Assembly (NCBI GenBank): GCA_012295275.1
Contig: CM022665.1
Location: 25,668,001 to 25,732,000 of the forward strand
From: Chrysomallon squamiferum
Taxonomy: Eukaryota > Animalia > Mollusca
Length of the DNA: 64,000 nucleotides
Direction: 5' to 3'
Shown: positions 1 to 14,949 of the stretch, piece after piece
Layout of the letters: each line of letters begins with the position of its first letter
Numbering within the stretch: position 1 is the first letter of the stretch
Notes under the pieces: generated by a model
The model's input: the letters and a program-made list of their open reading frames with translations, nothing else
Database searches by the model: none
What the model was told of the DNA's origin: nothing
Position numbers and translations under genes: made by a program

Positions 1-427
1 AGCAGGAGCAGAAGAAGAAGACGCTAAAGGCCAGTGATATTTACAGCGATGATGATGATGATGATGATGGTGATATAGATGACAAGAGGACAGAGGAGAA
101 GGAGAACAAGGCATCAAGAGATGATTCTGACTCTGATGACAGTCGTCGATCATCATCAGCGTCAGATTCTGAGGATGACGAGTAATACTTGAATAATTCT
201 TTTAACGTGTGTTGTTTTATATATAAATAACAAAGATGTATCTGTCAAAAATAACAGCTAATGTGATTCTTAAAAAAAGCCACGAATTACTTGATAAAAA
301 AAAAGGACATGTCATCGTATTCTTAATTTTTCTTTTATATTCTTTGGTAAGCTCAAAAGTTTCATTTTAAACATGTACCTTTATTAAAATAATCTTTCAA
401 GAGTGTTTCAAATGAGTAAAAAAAAAA

Positions 428-460
<33 letters not shown>

Positions 461-3400
461 TCTTTTTTTTATTTCAGATCATACTCAAGGAACAAAAAAT
501 CTAACTACATCACATCCAAAGAAGAAATAAACAAGTGTCGAATATCCAGACATAAAATTGAAAAGTAGGATCCTTTTAATTTATATTAATCTTTGCTCTG
601 TATTATATTTTCTTTTTTTTTGCTTCAGAATGTCAGAATATAAACCTCTATGATTTGCAGAAAAAAAGATATATGTATGTGTATATGTGTGTGCATGTAC
701 TGAAGGAAAGGAAGAGAGACATAAAGAGAGCAAGTAAGTTAGAGGGAGGGACAGAAAAAGGCATAAACCACAAATGTTTCAATGGGTCTTTCATTTTATA
801 TTTCCATATTAAATAAATGTGGTAATGTATTAGTGGATATCATTGGAACATTATCTATCTGTCACAGATGGTGTCACATGCCTTTCTTCAAGAGAACAAT
901 CATTGGGTGCTATGTTAGGATTGGTATTGGAAACAACAGTGAGGGACGAGCTGTGTACAGGGTTAGTGATGTTGTTTATTTTATATTGTGTTAATGTAAT
1001 ACAGAATCAGATTATTAAAAATTATTATTGTGTCGTAGAATGGTGTTTGAGTTCTTTTTAATATGTTTTAAGTGAAATGGTATTTCCTTTGTCAAAATTA
1101 ATATGTTTAAAATTGTTATTATTTTAAATAATGGATATGCACTCAAAGCAAATTTGATAAAAAAAAATACATTTAAGAGAATTTGCACTATTTTAGGTTA
1201 TTAATGGAGTTATGTCATTTTGTTATTTGTATTGTGTTTTCAGATTGCAGAGGTGTTAGATGTCGTTGAGACAGCCAAAATCTACCAGCTTGGCTCTACA
1301 CGAACAAACAAAGGATTGAAACTCAGGTACATTTTTATTTTATTTTTATTTTTATCTAACTCCATCCATTTGTTTTTAGTGTACACTTGCTTCATACGGT
1401 ATGTCTCACATCAATTTTTAATTGAAATGCATTTTGTATTTAAATTATCTCTTACTAATTATCTGATAATGATTATTTGAAATTCTGCAGTTTATTTTCA
1501 TAGTACACTTAACAAATTCTGGTTGTGAATTTAAATGATTATTCTTATATTTAAATGACATGTTCAAACTTGGGTTTTGCAGACATGGTGCAGCTGAGCG
1601 AGTGTATCGACTGGAGTTTGTTTCAAATCAAGATTTCTCTGATGCTGAGTTCTATAAATGGAAGGAGGCTATGATCAATGGAGGTCTGCCAATTCCAACT
1701 ACTGAGGATGTGCAGAAAAAAGTCAAAGAAATACAGCAGGCTGCTAACTACAGCTTTAAGGAGAATGACATTGAATGGGTCAGTATCAGAAGAAGACTTC
1801 ATTTGTTTTGTGACTTAGTAAAATATTCGAAAATAAATCAAGAAAAATTTATTTGATTATTACATTAATTACTTTGTTTAGATGTCTAATTGTCCATGTT
1901 CTATGGAAAATATATTTAGAATAACATTAATTTACAATTTTTTTATAACTATTTGGCTGCAGTTGCAAATTTAGATTAACATTAATTTACAACTATCCTG
2001 CTGCTTTCTATAAATAAATACTTATTTTTTTAATTTGTTTAATTATTATTATTATTATTGTAATTACTTCTTTCTTATTTTCCCCCAGATTGTCCTGGAA
2101 AAGCAAAGATTTAAAAAGAATCCACACAACTATGCCATGAAGAAAACAGAATTAATGAAACAAAAGGTAGCTACTTTAACAAACCTTAATTTTAACTTCA
2201 AACGATGTGACACAAAATACTTAGGTAGAAATATTTGTTTTAGGAGTACATATTACAAATTTCTTTTGTTATGATTTCAATTTGGATTTCAATTTGGATC
2301 TGATGCATTTCATATCTCAGCTTCAAAGTTTAATAAATTATATTATTGAAGCTAGTTTATAATAATTGATCATTTATAAATAAAAATGTTTTTTTTTTTG
2401 CATGTTTTAATTTTATTTTTCACAGGAGACAGCAGAAATCCTGAATGACAGGGAGAAGGTGGTTCAGATACAACAGGAACTGGATGAGTTGGAGGAGAGA
2501 GCCATTGAGTTGGATAAACGAAGAACAAACACAATCAATTCTATCAGGTTAGGTCTTGCTGTGATAGGTGTAACTAACATGTGAGAATTATGAGAACACT
2601 GAATATTAAACTTAACATCTGATGGCAAAAACTGAAACTATGGTAGAAGAGATGTAATATAATATGCTAGAGACTGTATTTTATTTGAATGTGTTACAAC
2701 TGCTGAAGTGGTCACAGGAAAAGTCGGTAAAGGTCAGCAAGAATCAATTTGTGAATGGACCTAAATCATTAGTTCTTTCATTAAGTAAAAAATAAGTTTT
2801 TTACTATTTAATTGTATCATCTGTATTAGCAGATACTTTTTACACCAGTATATAGAAATTTTAAATTCTCTTATTATGTAAAAAAATTTTTTTATGATGT
2901 GAATAGTCAAGGTCACTAAGAATCAATTTCCGAGTGAACCTAAATCATTATATCTTTCATTACTTAATAATTATTTGTTTTAATATGTAAGTGTATTGTC
3001 TTCATAAGCAGATCATTTTTACACCAGCAGATATAAACTGTATATTCTGTTACTAATTCTTTATGAGATGATAAAAATAATCATAGTTGTTGTTATACTC
3101 TTGTTTGTTAAGATTATTTATATCAGTTTGTAATAATTTGTAAGTAAAATTATACTGTCATAAAAAGGATAATTTAGTCAACTTTATTGTTAACACTTCT
3201 GTTGAAGTTTTATCAAACATTTATCAAACATATAGTTTATCAAACATTTTTAGTAAATTCAAGGTCACTGAGACATTATTAAAAATTGTTTAATTATCTG
3301 CTAGAAGCCGTATTAGGAAATATATCATAGCCATTTACAGTCAGAAATTATAATGTGACAAAACTATGCTAGGCGTAATCAAAGTTAACTGCTGGTTTTT

Positions 3401-5828
3401 CTCTAGGCTAGCACAGCACAAAAAGAATAAATCTTTTTAAAATAATGTTGTAGTATTTTTATCAGTCACATTAAAAAATGGCCGTTATCGTTGCAGCTAT
3501 ATTAATCAGAGAAACCGACTTCGTAACATAGTGGATGCAGAGAATGCAGCCAAGTTGGAAGTAGCTGAAATGAAATCCGCTGAAGCTGATCCTTTTACTA
3601 GAAGGCATTGCAGACCAACTCTGGTTACAAAGGTGAGTTCCATTTAATTAACAGCAAACAGAAGAAAGGAATGCAGGTGATTTTCACTGTACTGTACTAT
3701 CCCAGAATAAACAATATGTAAATGTGGTGCTTTCATAGTGTGTACTCTTCACGTTTTGTTTCACTCATTGCTTTATATACATGTTAGTGTTACGTTTTAA
3801 AAAAAATACATATATCCTCATGGTATCAGTTTTGACGCAGATAAGCAACAGTCTCACACTGTGCAGAAAAAACAATGTTTTTCTTGTTATTATTGACAGA
3901 AACATAATGTAATATAAACATTAAATTCAATATATATTGCAAGTTTTTGTTTGTTTCTTGTTAGTATGTGTTTACTGTAGCATTCTTACCTTTTTAATGT
4001 GGTATGGATTTTGAAGCAGAATTTCTAAGTGAGTTGTTGTCCAAGAACAATAACTCAGTTGTTTAATAGTCTGACTGTCAGCAGATGGCAATGTTTTGTC
4101 CAGTTTGTGAGTGAAATTCATTGTGAAACTTTAAGGATGCAGGGTTATTTATGTATGGCGAAAAAGTGTCTTATGAAAAACAGTATTTGTAGCTATATGG
4201 TTATGTTAATTGTTTAATCTTACCACAAACATGCAAATAGGAAGCATTGCTTTTTTTGATAGGTGTGAGTCACGGTTTTTGTTTTGACTATGCACACTTG
4301 TTATTTAGTGAAGGTGCATCAAAACACATACAGAGACAATATATATTTTTACATACATTTATTGCATTTACTTTCAGACACGTGACATACCTGATTCAGA
4401 GTCCAAGAAAATACAAGAGAAGAAATCTGAGGTAAAACACAGCATCAGTATTTTATAATATGAGAAAGATATAACATTAATTTATTGTCCTGTACAGTTA
4501 CCATGTTGTTAGGTCATGATACTTTGTCCCAACAAAGGAGCAATTGTCTTGATAGATTAAATAATATTTACCACATTTATTGTGGAATATTATAATAATG
4601 CTAAACTTGTTGCATTGTTAAGGCAGTGAACTAATTTAATTTTACATAATTTATTAATGTCAATGTAAATGTAAACATATCTTTTTATATGTATATATAT
4701 AAATGTGTGAATATCTTGTTATCACTTTTAATTAAAATTATTAGGAATCCATGGATACAAGTGAACCAATAGCTGCACCTTCAAACAATGGTTTACCTAA
4801 AATCATACCTCCTACTGACAAGGTAAGAAATAGAAATTTGTATTAATTTTTTTATTTTTTCCCTTTCAATTTGATAAATAGCAAAGGATCCTTCAAATAG
4901 AATTTTCCACCAACCAAAAAGTTTGTACCTCAGCCTTTAATAAAACTGAAATAGAAGGATTGACTACATTCCTGACTCCTGTACCGATGGTCTGAAAGAG
5001 AAAAACAGTTATTATTTAAATCTTTCAACACAAACATTCTTCACTCTCTCTCTTAAATAAATTTATTCAGATATTTCTAAAGTAAATTTTTAAAAATAAT
5101 TTAATGTGGTTTAATGCATTAGTTTAAAGTTTTATTTCAATAAAAAATAAAAAATAGGTAACAGAAATAAATAGCTCTGAATGTGTAAATTTTTAAATTC
5201 AGGATGATGGTAAGGGTGGATCTGGAGGGAGAAAATCAACTGATGATCTTTTTGCTGTTCATGACTTCGATATCAAACTTGACCTGGAAATGCCCACAAC
5301 AAGTGAGTAGCATCTTTAGAAATAAACTCTTTTTTAATATTTTTGTTGTTATGAAATAATATGTACTGGCTTAATGGTACTTAGGTACTTGTATGTCATT
5401 TCTCTGTTATCTGTTACAATCCTGTATCAGATTTCTTTTATTTATAATTATCTTGTTTGTTACAATTACACTTGCATATTTTATTGCATTGTCTTAACAC
5501 ATAACTTACATCTTTAGTTTAGAACTAGTTGACAGAACCAATTTCTACCACTGTATAATTTTTATAAATTATGTTTCATTATACTGTAATAAAAAGAGAT
5601 GTATTTAATCACCCTTTATATTCTTCGTACATATTAATAAAATGTTTCGTTACTGCACATATTATTCTTTGTTTAAGTAATAGTGCCTCCTTCTTTAGCA
5701 GAAAATATCTTCTATTTGCAGCACCATCAGTAACAGTTTTCAAAAGTCCTGCAGTGACAGGCAGAGATGGAGCTCCTCGTCGTTCACTTAACTTAGAGGA
5801 TTACAAAAAAAGACGTGGACTCATCTAA
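1..5828 (+). CDS. RTF1: RNA polymerase-associated protein RTF1 (PAF1 complex, Plus3 domain), 5'-truncated by the window edge
   Basis: Exons read by hand with GT-AG boundaries and consistent phase: <1-181, 478-564, 868-961, 1244-1326, 1583-1778, 2089-2166, 2426-2547, 3497-3632, 4378-4431, 4745-4822, 5203-5302, 5722-5828. Peptides [33 protein letters not shown] (Plus3), [37 protein letters not shown] and the C-terminus [16 protein letters not shown] are characteristic of RTF1. Confidence 0.96.
2728..3054. repeat. Diverged tandem duplication (~180 bp period) in an RTF1 intron
   Basis: Blocks aaggtca..aagaatcaattt..cctaaatcatta..tctttcatta..agcagat..tttttacaccag occur at ~2730-2875 and again at ~2909-3054. 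Confidence 0.7.
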
Positions 5829-7137
5829 AAACATCATCAATTTGTCATTTTAGTTGTTAGCTTGCCCATACAAAAAACAAAAACAAAAAAACAATAGAGA
5901 GAAAAAGTATTAACTTAGGCTGGAAACATCTTTTCAGTGGGTTTTTTTTTGGTGCAAGAAGTGTATTTTCATAACTGTTTTGTCTTAACAAGTTTTGTTT
6001 TGGATTATGGAATTGTTAAAATTTTAATCCATTGCATATTTAGCATTTGACTTTTCTTAAGAGGTTTTAGTTGGATAGAAACTTCTTATTGTAAAAAATA
6101 AACTGTAATACTTAAAAAAAAGAAAAAAAGAAATGAAAAAAAATTATAATAATAGAATTTCCTGTAATTTTGTTGTGTCATAAAGATATGTGGAATCGTT
6201 TTGATTCATATTGAACCAAAACGAAAACTAAACAAAACTGGTTGTTAAAGCTAACTGAAGTGTATTTCTGATTTAAAAAATAAATAACATAACTGTGTAT
6301 TTCAAAGTGATTCTTTATAATTCTGGAAACCAGTTTTTCCAGGGATACATTGTTTATTCATTCCACCACATCTACACTGTAAGTGGTCTTGAATAACAAG
6401 GTGACATACACATATACATACATACATACATACATACATACATACATTTATACATATACATATATATGTATGTATGTATGAATGTAAAATTACCTCAGTT
6501 TATTTATTAAATACATATGCTATCCAGCACCTTATCAGATCGTGTTTTTGAATGTTACAACATCACATTATTATGTAAATACGAAATACTGTGATGAAAT
6601 AAATGTATGTACATTTTACAGATTCTTTGTTATTTATTTTATTTAGATAAATATAAAAACAAATTTAAACAAAATTGAAAATGTTCTCAGAGTTTGATGT
6701 CAGATTGAAGGTATTATTTCTATTAACTTTATCTTGCATGTTTGGACTGGTTTTTCATCAGTAATAATGTTATTTTCTGATATTTATTAATTCATTTAAT
6801 ATTTCATTTTGATAAATTGTCCTTATTAGTTACTTTATTTATTTCAGTTTCTTAACATTTTATCAAATATTACTGTCATTGTTAGTTAAAATATTATAAC
6901 TGCTTTTATTATTGAAAAAGAAAAATGTCAGTATTAATGACGAAAAGTTACAGTATTTTTTTAAAAGTGTACCTTTGGTTAAATAAAAGAAATGATGTAG
7001 AAACATTCTGAAATTATTAAAGTTAACTTCTTTTTTTCTTTCTTCTTCTTTCCCCCGCATAATACTGATAAACAACGAAGTATAAGAACAATAAAGTACA
7101 TTTAAAAATATATTGGTACCGCCACTTTTATGTTATT

Positions 7138-7240
7138 GTACGTCACCGCGTACAGGGCGCAAGAAAAAAATGAAGCTGTGACTCTGATATGTAAGCGATG
7201 ACGTCACAGTTTCAGCTAGGAAAGGATAAAATGGCGTTGT
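7138..7240. promoter_or_regulatory. CpG-rich patch with CRE (TGACGTCA) and YY1-like (AAAATGGCG) motifs
   Basis: TGACGTCA at 7199-7206 and AAAATGGCG at ~7228-7236 in a locally CpG-rich stretch. No adjacent gene was identified, so this could be a repeat remnant. Confidence 0.3.
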
Positions 7241-10099
7241 TCAACTATTTTGCAACAGTGTTACTTTATTGTACTTATTTCTTAATCCATTATAGACTGC
7301 CCAAAACAATGAAGTAATAAGTTGGAGCTATAAAGAATGTTTTAGACTTTTTTTTTTTTTTTTTTTGTGCTGCCACAGGTACACTTTCAGTGTTTTTATT
7401 CTCTTTGTAAGTGTGAGAAGAGTGTGTGTGTGTGTGTGCGTGCGTGTGTGCGAGCGCGCGCGTATTTGTACAAATGAATTTGTATAGGAAATAGGACAAT
7501 AGGATTTGATTTCTCAATTATGTTTTCTTATTCAAACTAACTATACAACAGCAGGAGACGCCAGTTTTGACAGACGTGTTCACAATATAGCATAATTATT
7601 CTAAATCTTGGATCTCTGTTTGGTGTGCGTGTCCATTTCCTATTAACTCGAGAATTTGATCCACAATACAGGTTTTTTTTTTTTTTTTTTTTATATTCTG
7701 TTTTTGTTTTGGGTTTTTATCTTTGTGGTTGTTTAGGCATTCAGTCGGCCGTACATAAATATTAAATCATCAAAACTGTAATGGTTTGTTTAAATAGGTT
7801 TGTCAGTCTTTTAATCTTAATCGATCAACCAGTTAAAAATAAAGACGTAAGTATGGATCATTTATTTATTTTTATTATTATTATTATTTTTTTTTCTTTC
7901 TTGGAATTTGTTTTTGTTCTCTGTTGTACAAACGATATTTAGGAATGTGTAAACGGAACTGAGTGTACCGCAAATAAAGACATGTAGTATGAAATACAAA
8001 TATGAAAAAGGGTAACGCGACAAAACGTACCGTAGAGAAACTGGCGTTATTTTCGGTTCTGTACAAACGTTTTCCTGTACGTAATCTCATGTAGATAGTG
8101 TCGTGATAATTTGGTTATTTCTACACTGCGATATAAAATGTGAGATTTCTCTCAGTTAAGATGTAATATATAGAGCAGGATAAATTATAATCTAGATGTA
8201 AATGATATAAAATGAAAAATAGCTGCAAATAGATAAAATTAATTAAATATGCCTGTATTTTTGTATATTAATTCATGCTAGACATATTTAAGTAGTAAAA
8301 ATGTACATCCCTAACGTTTCAAATTAGGACCAAGTAAATTAATTATTCTTTGAATAAATTAGTATTTGCAATATATGAAACTATCATCATGTACTTTTGT
8401 AATCTGAAGAAGGAAATTGCGTGTCGTATTAACGTGACCTGTTTTACAAATCAAAGGCAAAAAAAAACTTTTATTGTGTAACACAGATATACTATAGTAA
8501 ACTATAGATTCCCAGATGCTATAGTATAATAGAGAAACTGAACAAAATTTCTTTATATAAGAGCTTATAGTTCCGTTGTATAGTTTAATGTTTATTTAAC
8601 AGCTTAGATAAATAATGCTCCAAAGAGTGAAAATAATACTTATTTATACTTAAGTTATTCATGATATATCAGCAATGGTGATTATTCAACATCAGATAAC
8701 AGATATGTTTTCAAATGACAGTAATCTTTACAATGACATTTCATTATAATCTTTATTCAAGTTCATACGTGTCTTTGTAATATGCAGTAGAAGAAAAATG
8801 AACGAAACTTTGTTTTCTTTCTTTCTTTCTTTTATTTATTTATTTATTTATTTATTTATTTTATTATATATATATATATATATATAAATTACATTAATGG
8901 TTATTTATTAGGTGTGAAATATTTTGTAATGATTTTCTAGAAAGTACTATTTCTGTCGACTAGCTGCATTTCATGTTGAAAATGCATCACCTTCCCTTAG
9001 ACAGGAGAGCTCAAAACCGTTTCTAATCATAAGAAAATAACTTCGGTAAACTCGTGGACATATTGCTAATAATTTACATAAATAAGTCGGCAGAAAATAT
9101 CTGTTATTGTGAATAAAATATTTTAAGAATTAAAAATTCTTTGACGTATTCTTTTGTTCCGTTACCATTTCATATGAAAGAAAGAAGACATTTTTATTTT
9201 ACGATTCATTCAACAAGATCTTACTTTATTAACTGATGTTAAACAACAAGGAATGAATAATCATTTCTAATATTCAACTGAGATTTAAACTATTTTCAAA
9301 ATCAAATATCAGGATCGTGATACTAAGATGCACATTAAACCAGTTCATAGAAGATGCTCCGTTAAAACAAATCAACAAAAATTAATAATTTTATTTTGCT
9401 TTATTTGTATGTTAACATATTTTTCATACATATAATAAGTTGTATACAATTACTGATATACAATCATGGCAACGTACAGGAGACATAGTGGACAGGCAGT
9501 AAAAGAGACAAATTGATAGACGGCAAGACAGATTAAAATATAGATATAAAAAAAAAAAAAAAAAAAAAAAAATAAATAAATAAAAAAAAAAAAATCGAGA
9601 GAATTACTGATGGGTGAATGGATAGATGTCTAGGCAGATAAGTGTGTAGGGAGATGGGAGACAGGCAGATAAACAGAATAGTGACACATAACTTGATCAA
9701 ATTTCATAGCCTCTCCCATTCAGCCACAATACTGATAATTTTGTAATTACATAGAATCCTTGTTTAACATGAAAGTAAAATGAAGTCATGGAATCATTTT
9801 ATTTGACAATTATTAAAATATATATAATCTTTTGCTGAGTGAAAAAACAATTTGTTTCATCAAACATTTGTCCCCTGCGTTATATTTGATAATGCTGATG
9901 ACCAAGAACGGGCATACAAAAACATTATCTGGTGACAGTACGAAGAGAAAATTATAGTTTCAGTTACTGATCTTTGCATTCCTACACAAGAAACTTCATC
10001 ATTTAACACATCTACTACATTAACTCTCCTTTAGCATCAGCAGGTTAATTCTCTTGTCTTACGGTCGACAAAAGGCGTGCTTGAACAGTTTTCTGGTGG

Positions 10100-10570
10100 T
10101 TAATTGCGAGCCGACTTTGTAGCTCGTTGCGGTGATATACTAGGATTTCTGGGACTTTTTCGTGGCGTTATCGATGACTTCGTTGTTTGAAATGTTACTT
10201 GACGATCACATTTGGGGCGTTTCACTCCATCGTCATCCTGTACGCGGTTCACAATGTCTGTGCTTGTCTCTCGACGTTTACGTAGAAAATTAAGTCGAAG
10301 GATAAATGTTTCTGGTAAATATCGACAAGTCTTGTGACAGTTTGATCTAACGAAGTGGGGAACACTGTTATAAACAGACTGGAATTCTGATCGCTGATAC
10401 AGAAACTGTACACCAGATTCCTTTGCCCCTCTCTCTCTGAAATCACAACTGGTACTCGATCTCGAACTCACGTCCTCTTCCTCTGTGATTGGATACAGAG
10501 CTTCGCTTTCATCACCATCAGTTAGAACATCAGAAAACATTTTCACCCCAGTCTCAGTTATATTAGTATC
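10100..10570 (-). CDS. Orphan ORF or putative terminal exon (hydrophilic; acidic N-terminal part, basic S/P/R-rich tail)
   Basis: Non-repetitive open frame with higher GC than its flanks. The first ATG is at 10540 (146 aa). The frame stays open back to a possible acceptor (ctttaaatag) at 10570. No recognisable family motif. Confidence 0.35.
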   Translation of the reverse strand, partial: DTNITETGVKMFSDVLTDGDESEALYPITEEEDVSSRSSTSCDFRERGAKESGVQFLYQRSEFQSVYNSVPHFVRSNCHKTCRYLPETFILRLNFLRKRRETSTDIVNRVQDDDGVKRPKCDRQVTFQTTKSSITPRKSPRNPSISPQRATKSARN

Positions 10571-13149
10571 CTATTTAAAGAATCCACTCTCAGACTAGTG
10601 TGTTAAAATACTGTGACAATGTATCCTTTAGTTTTGCTTTAATATTTTTGTTTTCCTATTGCAAACTTCACGAAACAATAAAAACAAAACTAAACTTTGT
10701 TTTTCCCCTCGCTTATCACGTTATAATCCGTAGGATCTGTCAACATTCATTGCAGGCTCCGTGATCACAGAAATGTAAATAGCTTATTTAGACACATCCT
10801 TGAAATACTTTCTTTTACTTAAATCCGTGGTACCAGCATTTAAATTTGTATTATTATTATTATTATTATTTTTTTTAAATTAAAAAATCATAATATGAGG
10901 ACCTATTGTACTTTGTATAATGAATTGTATATTTTGTTACTGCGAGTTAGCTAAATGATTTTGAGTGACTATCCTAGTGTCAACGATGTCATAAACGTTC
11001 ATGCTTGTCTCTGGTATCGGAAAGACGTGAGGAATTTAAACACCTGATACAAAATTATGGGCTAGCACATTGTTAATTCTTATCACACACATTTTGCACG
11101 TCATTGCAAATAACAGACATAAGAATGTTTAGGCAAACACTTGAATTCTCTCGGGCTCTCTCGTTTGTTTGTTCTTCTCTCGTTGTATTATTAATTGTTC
11201 CCGGGACCCAGTGGCCGATTTGAAATACTGCCTAAACACACAACAGTGGCAAAGTTTTGATAAATATAGTCGACCCTTGACCTCTTCAAACTGTACAATT
11301 AATTATTTGTGAAGTTTAATTTTTCAAATCGACCATCGGCTTGACGTAGCCAATAATATTCCTGCTTGCCATTCAAGCCACGTAGAAATTAATATCTTAA
11401 ACAACATTTCTTAATGACATTTTATTTATTTTAAAAACACGCCCGTACAGGAATGGAGGTGACGTGATGCGTTTAATGAATCAGATCAATTATGCCTTGA
11501 CGTTACACATCACTAACCATGCGCATCCGAAGCAAATGGGACTGGTGATGTTATTGTCACATTTCAATAACGACGTATTAGAACAGTCTGATGTGATTTC
11601 TTACAGCTGAATAAAACAGTTAAACAATATACTCCCAGGGATTACAACAAACGAGCATTTAATTTCAAGTAGAGACAGGTTGTAGTTTTATTATTATTAT
11701 TTTTTTAAATATTTATTCAGATTTCATATATTCAGTTATAAAGGAAGTTCAAATAATTCTTACTGAATAGCTTTATGTATATTTGGGTGTGGGGTTGTTG
11801 GTTTTTTTACATTTCTTAAATATTTTTTATTTGTCGATACCAAAACTTTATGACTGAATTAAAAATAAATACGGCCCTGACGAATGAACCAGCTCTTTCA
11901 ACCAGCCAAACAACAAACGTTCAAACCAGCAGTTTCTTTATCTCTAAGCAGGAAAATTTGTGATACCGTGTACTGATTACTGTGCAACAACAGCTACAGT
12001 TATACCACTGTGCTATTACTACTAGTAGTAGTACTGCTACTAACATTACTACTTCTGCTAATACTGCTGAAATTACTGCTGCTGATGGCACAAAATCTAA
12101 TAAAAACTAGGGTTGTTTCTTCTACTATTACGTTTACTACAGCAACAGTTACTATTACAACTAATAACAGAACTACAACAACAATTACTATTACAACTAA
12201 GAACAGTAATGGCAACAACAACTAACAATAACAGTAAGAATAACTTCCACACCCAGTATTATTTTCAGACTGTCAAAGGGTCATCTATCGCACATTCAGA
12301 TTTTATCTTTCTGAAAATGATAAATGATTAAGGAAACGCTCAAATTCAAAATAATAATACTAGAAACATTTGCCTAGGTGTACAGTTTTATGCTTGAATG
12401 AGAAACGCCTTTAAGATCAGACAGACAACTACTTGATACTTAGTATATTTATAATAGAGGAGAATCTATGAAATCATCAAGGAAAGAAACATGATATAGT
12501 AAAACATAAATAGATACGTATGTATGTGATATAGACACATACACATACGCTACATAAATACACACGTGCATACAAATAGCCTTAACGTACGTACGTACAC
12601 ACATACATGCAAATATATATATATATATATACACACATACATACATATTTAAATACGCATATATGCATATATATTCACAGACATTCATATAAATATGCAT
12701 ATGAATATTCAGACCTAAGGCCTGATTTCAACTGGGTGACAATATTTGTATTATTGGTGAAATTACTGACATGGATGGTTATATTATCATAAAGGCGTCT
12801 AAGATGCCTATTTACATTAAGAAATAATAAATTATTTATTTTGGTTGTGCTGTTTAATCAAAATGTATACACATAGAATAATTTTTTTTTTTTTTAAACA
12901 GTAATTTGTTGCACGAAAAGCATTCTTCACATTTTTAACATTGTTGTTATTATTATTTTATTAGAAAGGTCGAGATTCAGGTACCAAGAAGACACATCAG
13001 TAAAGTCTAGATTAGATTAAGAGAAATTTTACATTATGAATTCAGAATCATACCTTGAGCAATAGCCGTCAACTGAAAGTTCTTTAAATATAAAACACTA
13101 ATAATAAGAGAAGAAGAAAAGAAAAAAAGAAAGAAAGAAAGAAAAACGA

Positions 13150-13193
<44 letters not shown>

Positions 13194-13919
13194 AAAGTAA
13201 ACATACAAACTGAAATTTAAAAAACATAATTAATTTTTCTTGGCATTAAATCTGCATTTCATTGTTTGGGTATAAATGTTTAACGACATCTCAGTGTATT
13301 TTGTATCAAAGTTTGTTATATTTTGTGATATGATTTTCTATTGATTGTCAGGCGTTATCCCATTGAGCTATAATGTGTTAAAAGCAATGGAAGTAACACC
13401 GTTTTGCATGAGTATTTTCAGAGTGAATTCCCTTGTTGAATCCCCAACAATGGGCAACATGACATAAAATAAATATAATATGATTGTTGTATTTCATTGC
13501 ATTTAGCTAAAACAATACAAACATATAAACAAATAACGCAGTATATAAACGAACCAGGTAAAGATGTCATTTAAATTAGGTTAAGAAAAAATGCAAAAAA
13601 AAAAAAACAACCAAAAAAAACCCCACACAGCTCCCCACAAAAAACAACAACAAAAAAACAAAATAAAAAGATAATTTTATGATTAAATTTATAAACAATG
13701 AGTAATTCAAATGAATAATTTAAAAGGATAATAGTGATAACAACGACAACAACGACTACGACGATGATGATTGTAATAATAATAACATAGGAAATATAGA
13801 TGAGAACACCATTGTCAACTTTTAGTCTATACAAAGAAAAATTTGAAAAAAAAAAAAAAAAAAAGGAATATCGACAGTTTATATATATATATATGTGTGT
13901 GTGTGTATGTTTATATATA

Positions 13920-14192
13920 GCTGGGGTGGATCCAGCTTTTCTGATGAGGGGGGTCCATGACAAAAAGGGCACCATGACATTATGAAAAGGCACTACTGAA
14001 AAATTACACACAGTTCACATGGATCATAATATAATAGTGCTACAACAGGACGCTGGCAGATGGATTCTACAGTGTTCTATACACTGACAGAAATTTAAAA
14101 AAATAAAATAAATAAATTTGTTAAAAGCCTGAAAATCTCAAATCTGAGGGGGTGTTTGGACGTTTTGGACCCCCCTTTATATCCGCCCCAGC
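13920..14192. mobile_element. MITE-like non-autonomous DNA transposon remnant
   Basis: Inverted termini GCTGGGGTGGAT (13920) and ATCCGCCCCAGC (ending 14192), one mismatch, with GGGGG/CCCCC sub-terminal motifs. No clean target-site duplication. Confidence 0.5.
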
Positions 14193-14450
14193 ATATAATA
14201 TAATTGAGTATAATTACACCAAAAATACTGGGACAAAAAGATTTGTTGTTTTTTTCTTTAGAAGGGGGAAAGGAAAGAATGGAAATAAAGTAAAAATTTA
14301 AACAAATTTTTAATAATTAGAAAACTTCTATGCAGCGATAAAATTTTATATCTTTTCACATGGTTTTGTCAAATCGTGAAGTTTATCTGTCTTATGGTCA
14401 GTAAAATCATTATTATTAGATATACATATGTGTGTGTGTAATAATACTAC

Positions 14451-14524
<74 letters not shown>

Positions 14525-14887
14525 TATTATTACTGAATTCACCATAAACACACTGCGTTATTTGTTATTTAAAATATAATAATGAAACGTCAATAATCCA
14601 GACGTATGACACTGCACTTCTGTCGTCAATGGAAAGTAAACAGTTTATGGTGCAGGCGTAACCATTAGTGAAATAATTCATTCAGATAATGAAACGAGGC
14701 TCTGAAAAAAAAAAAAATCTCACTACTTCTGCAAAAAGTACGTCGTGAGACAGTTTTGGAATAATTAATTTATTTTTATTAATACGACCTTCAAAATAAT
14801 TTTTATTTTAATTATAACTGTTCAGAAACAAGATATCTTAAATATTTTTGCCTGTTCGCAGATACAACAGATTGTCAACAGATACAA

Positions 14888-14949
<62 letters not shown>

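Noticed and set aside
10621-10629. GTATCCTTT, a U12-type 5' splice-site consensus
   Set aside because: No plus-strand exon or branch site supports it; likely chance.
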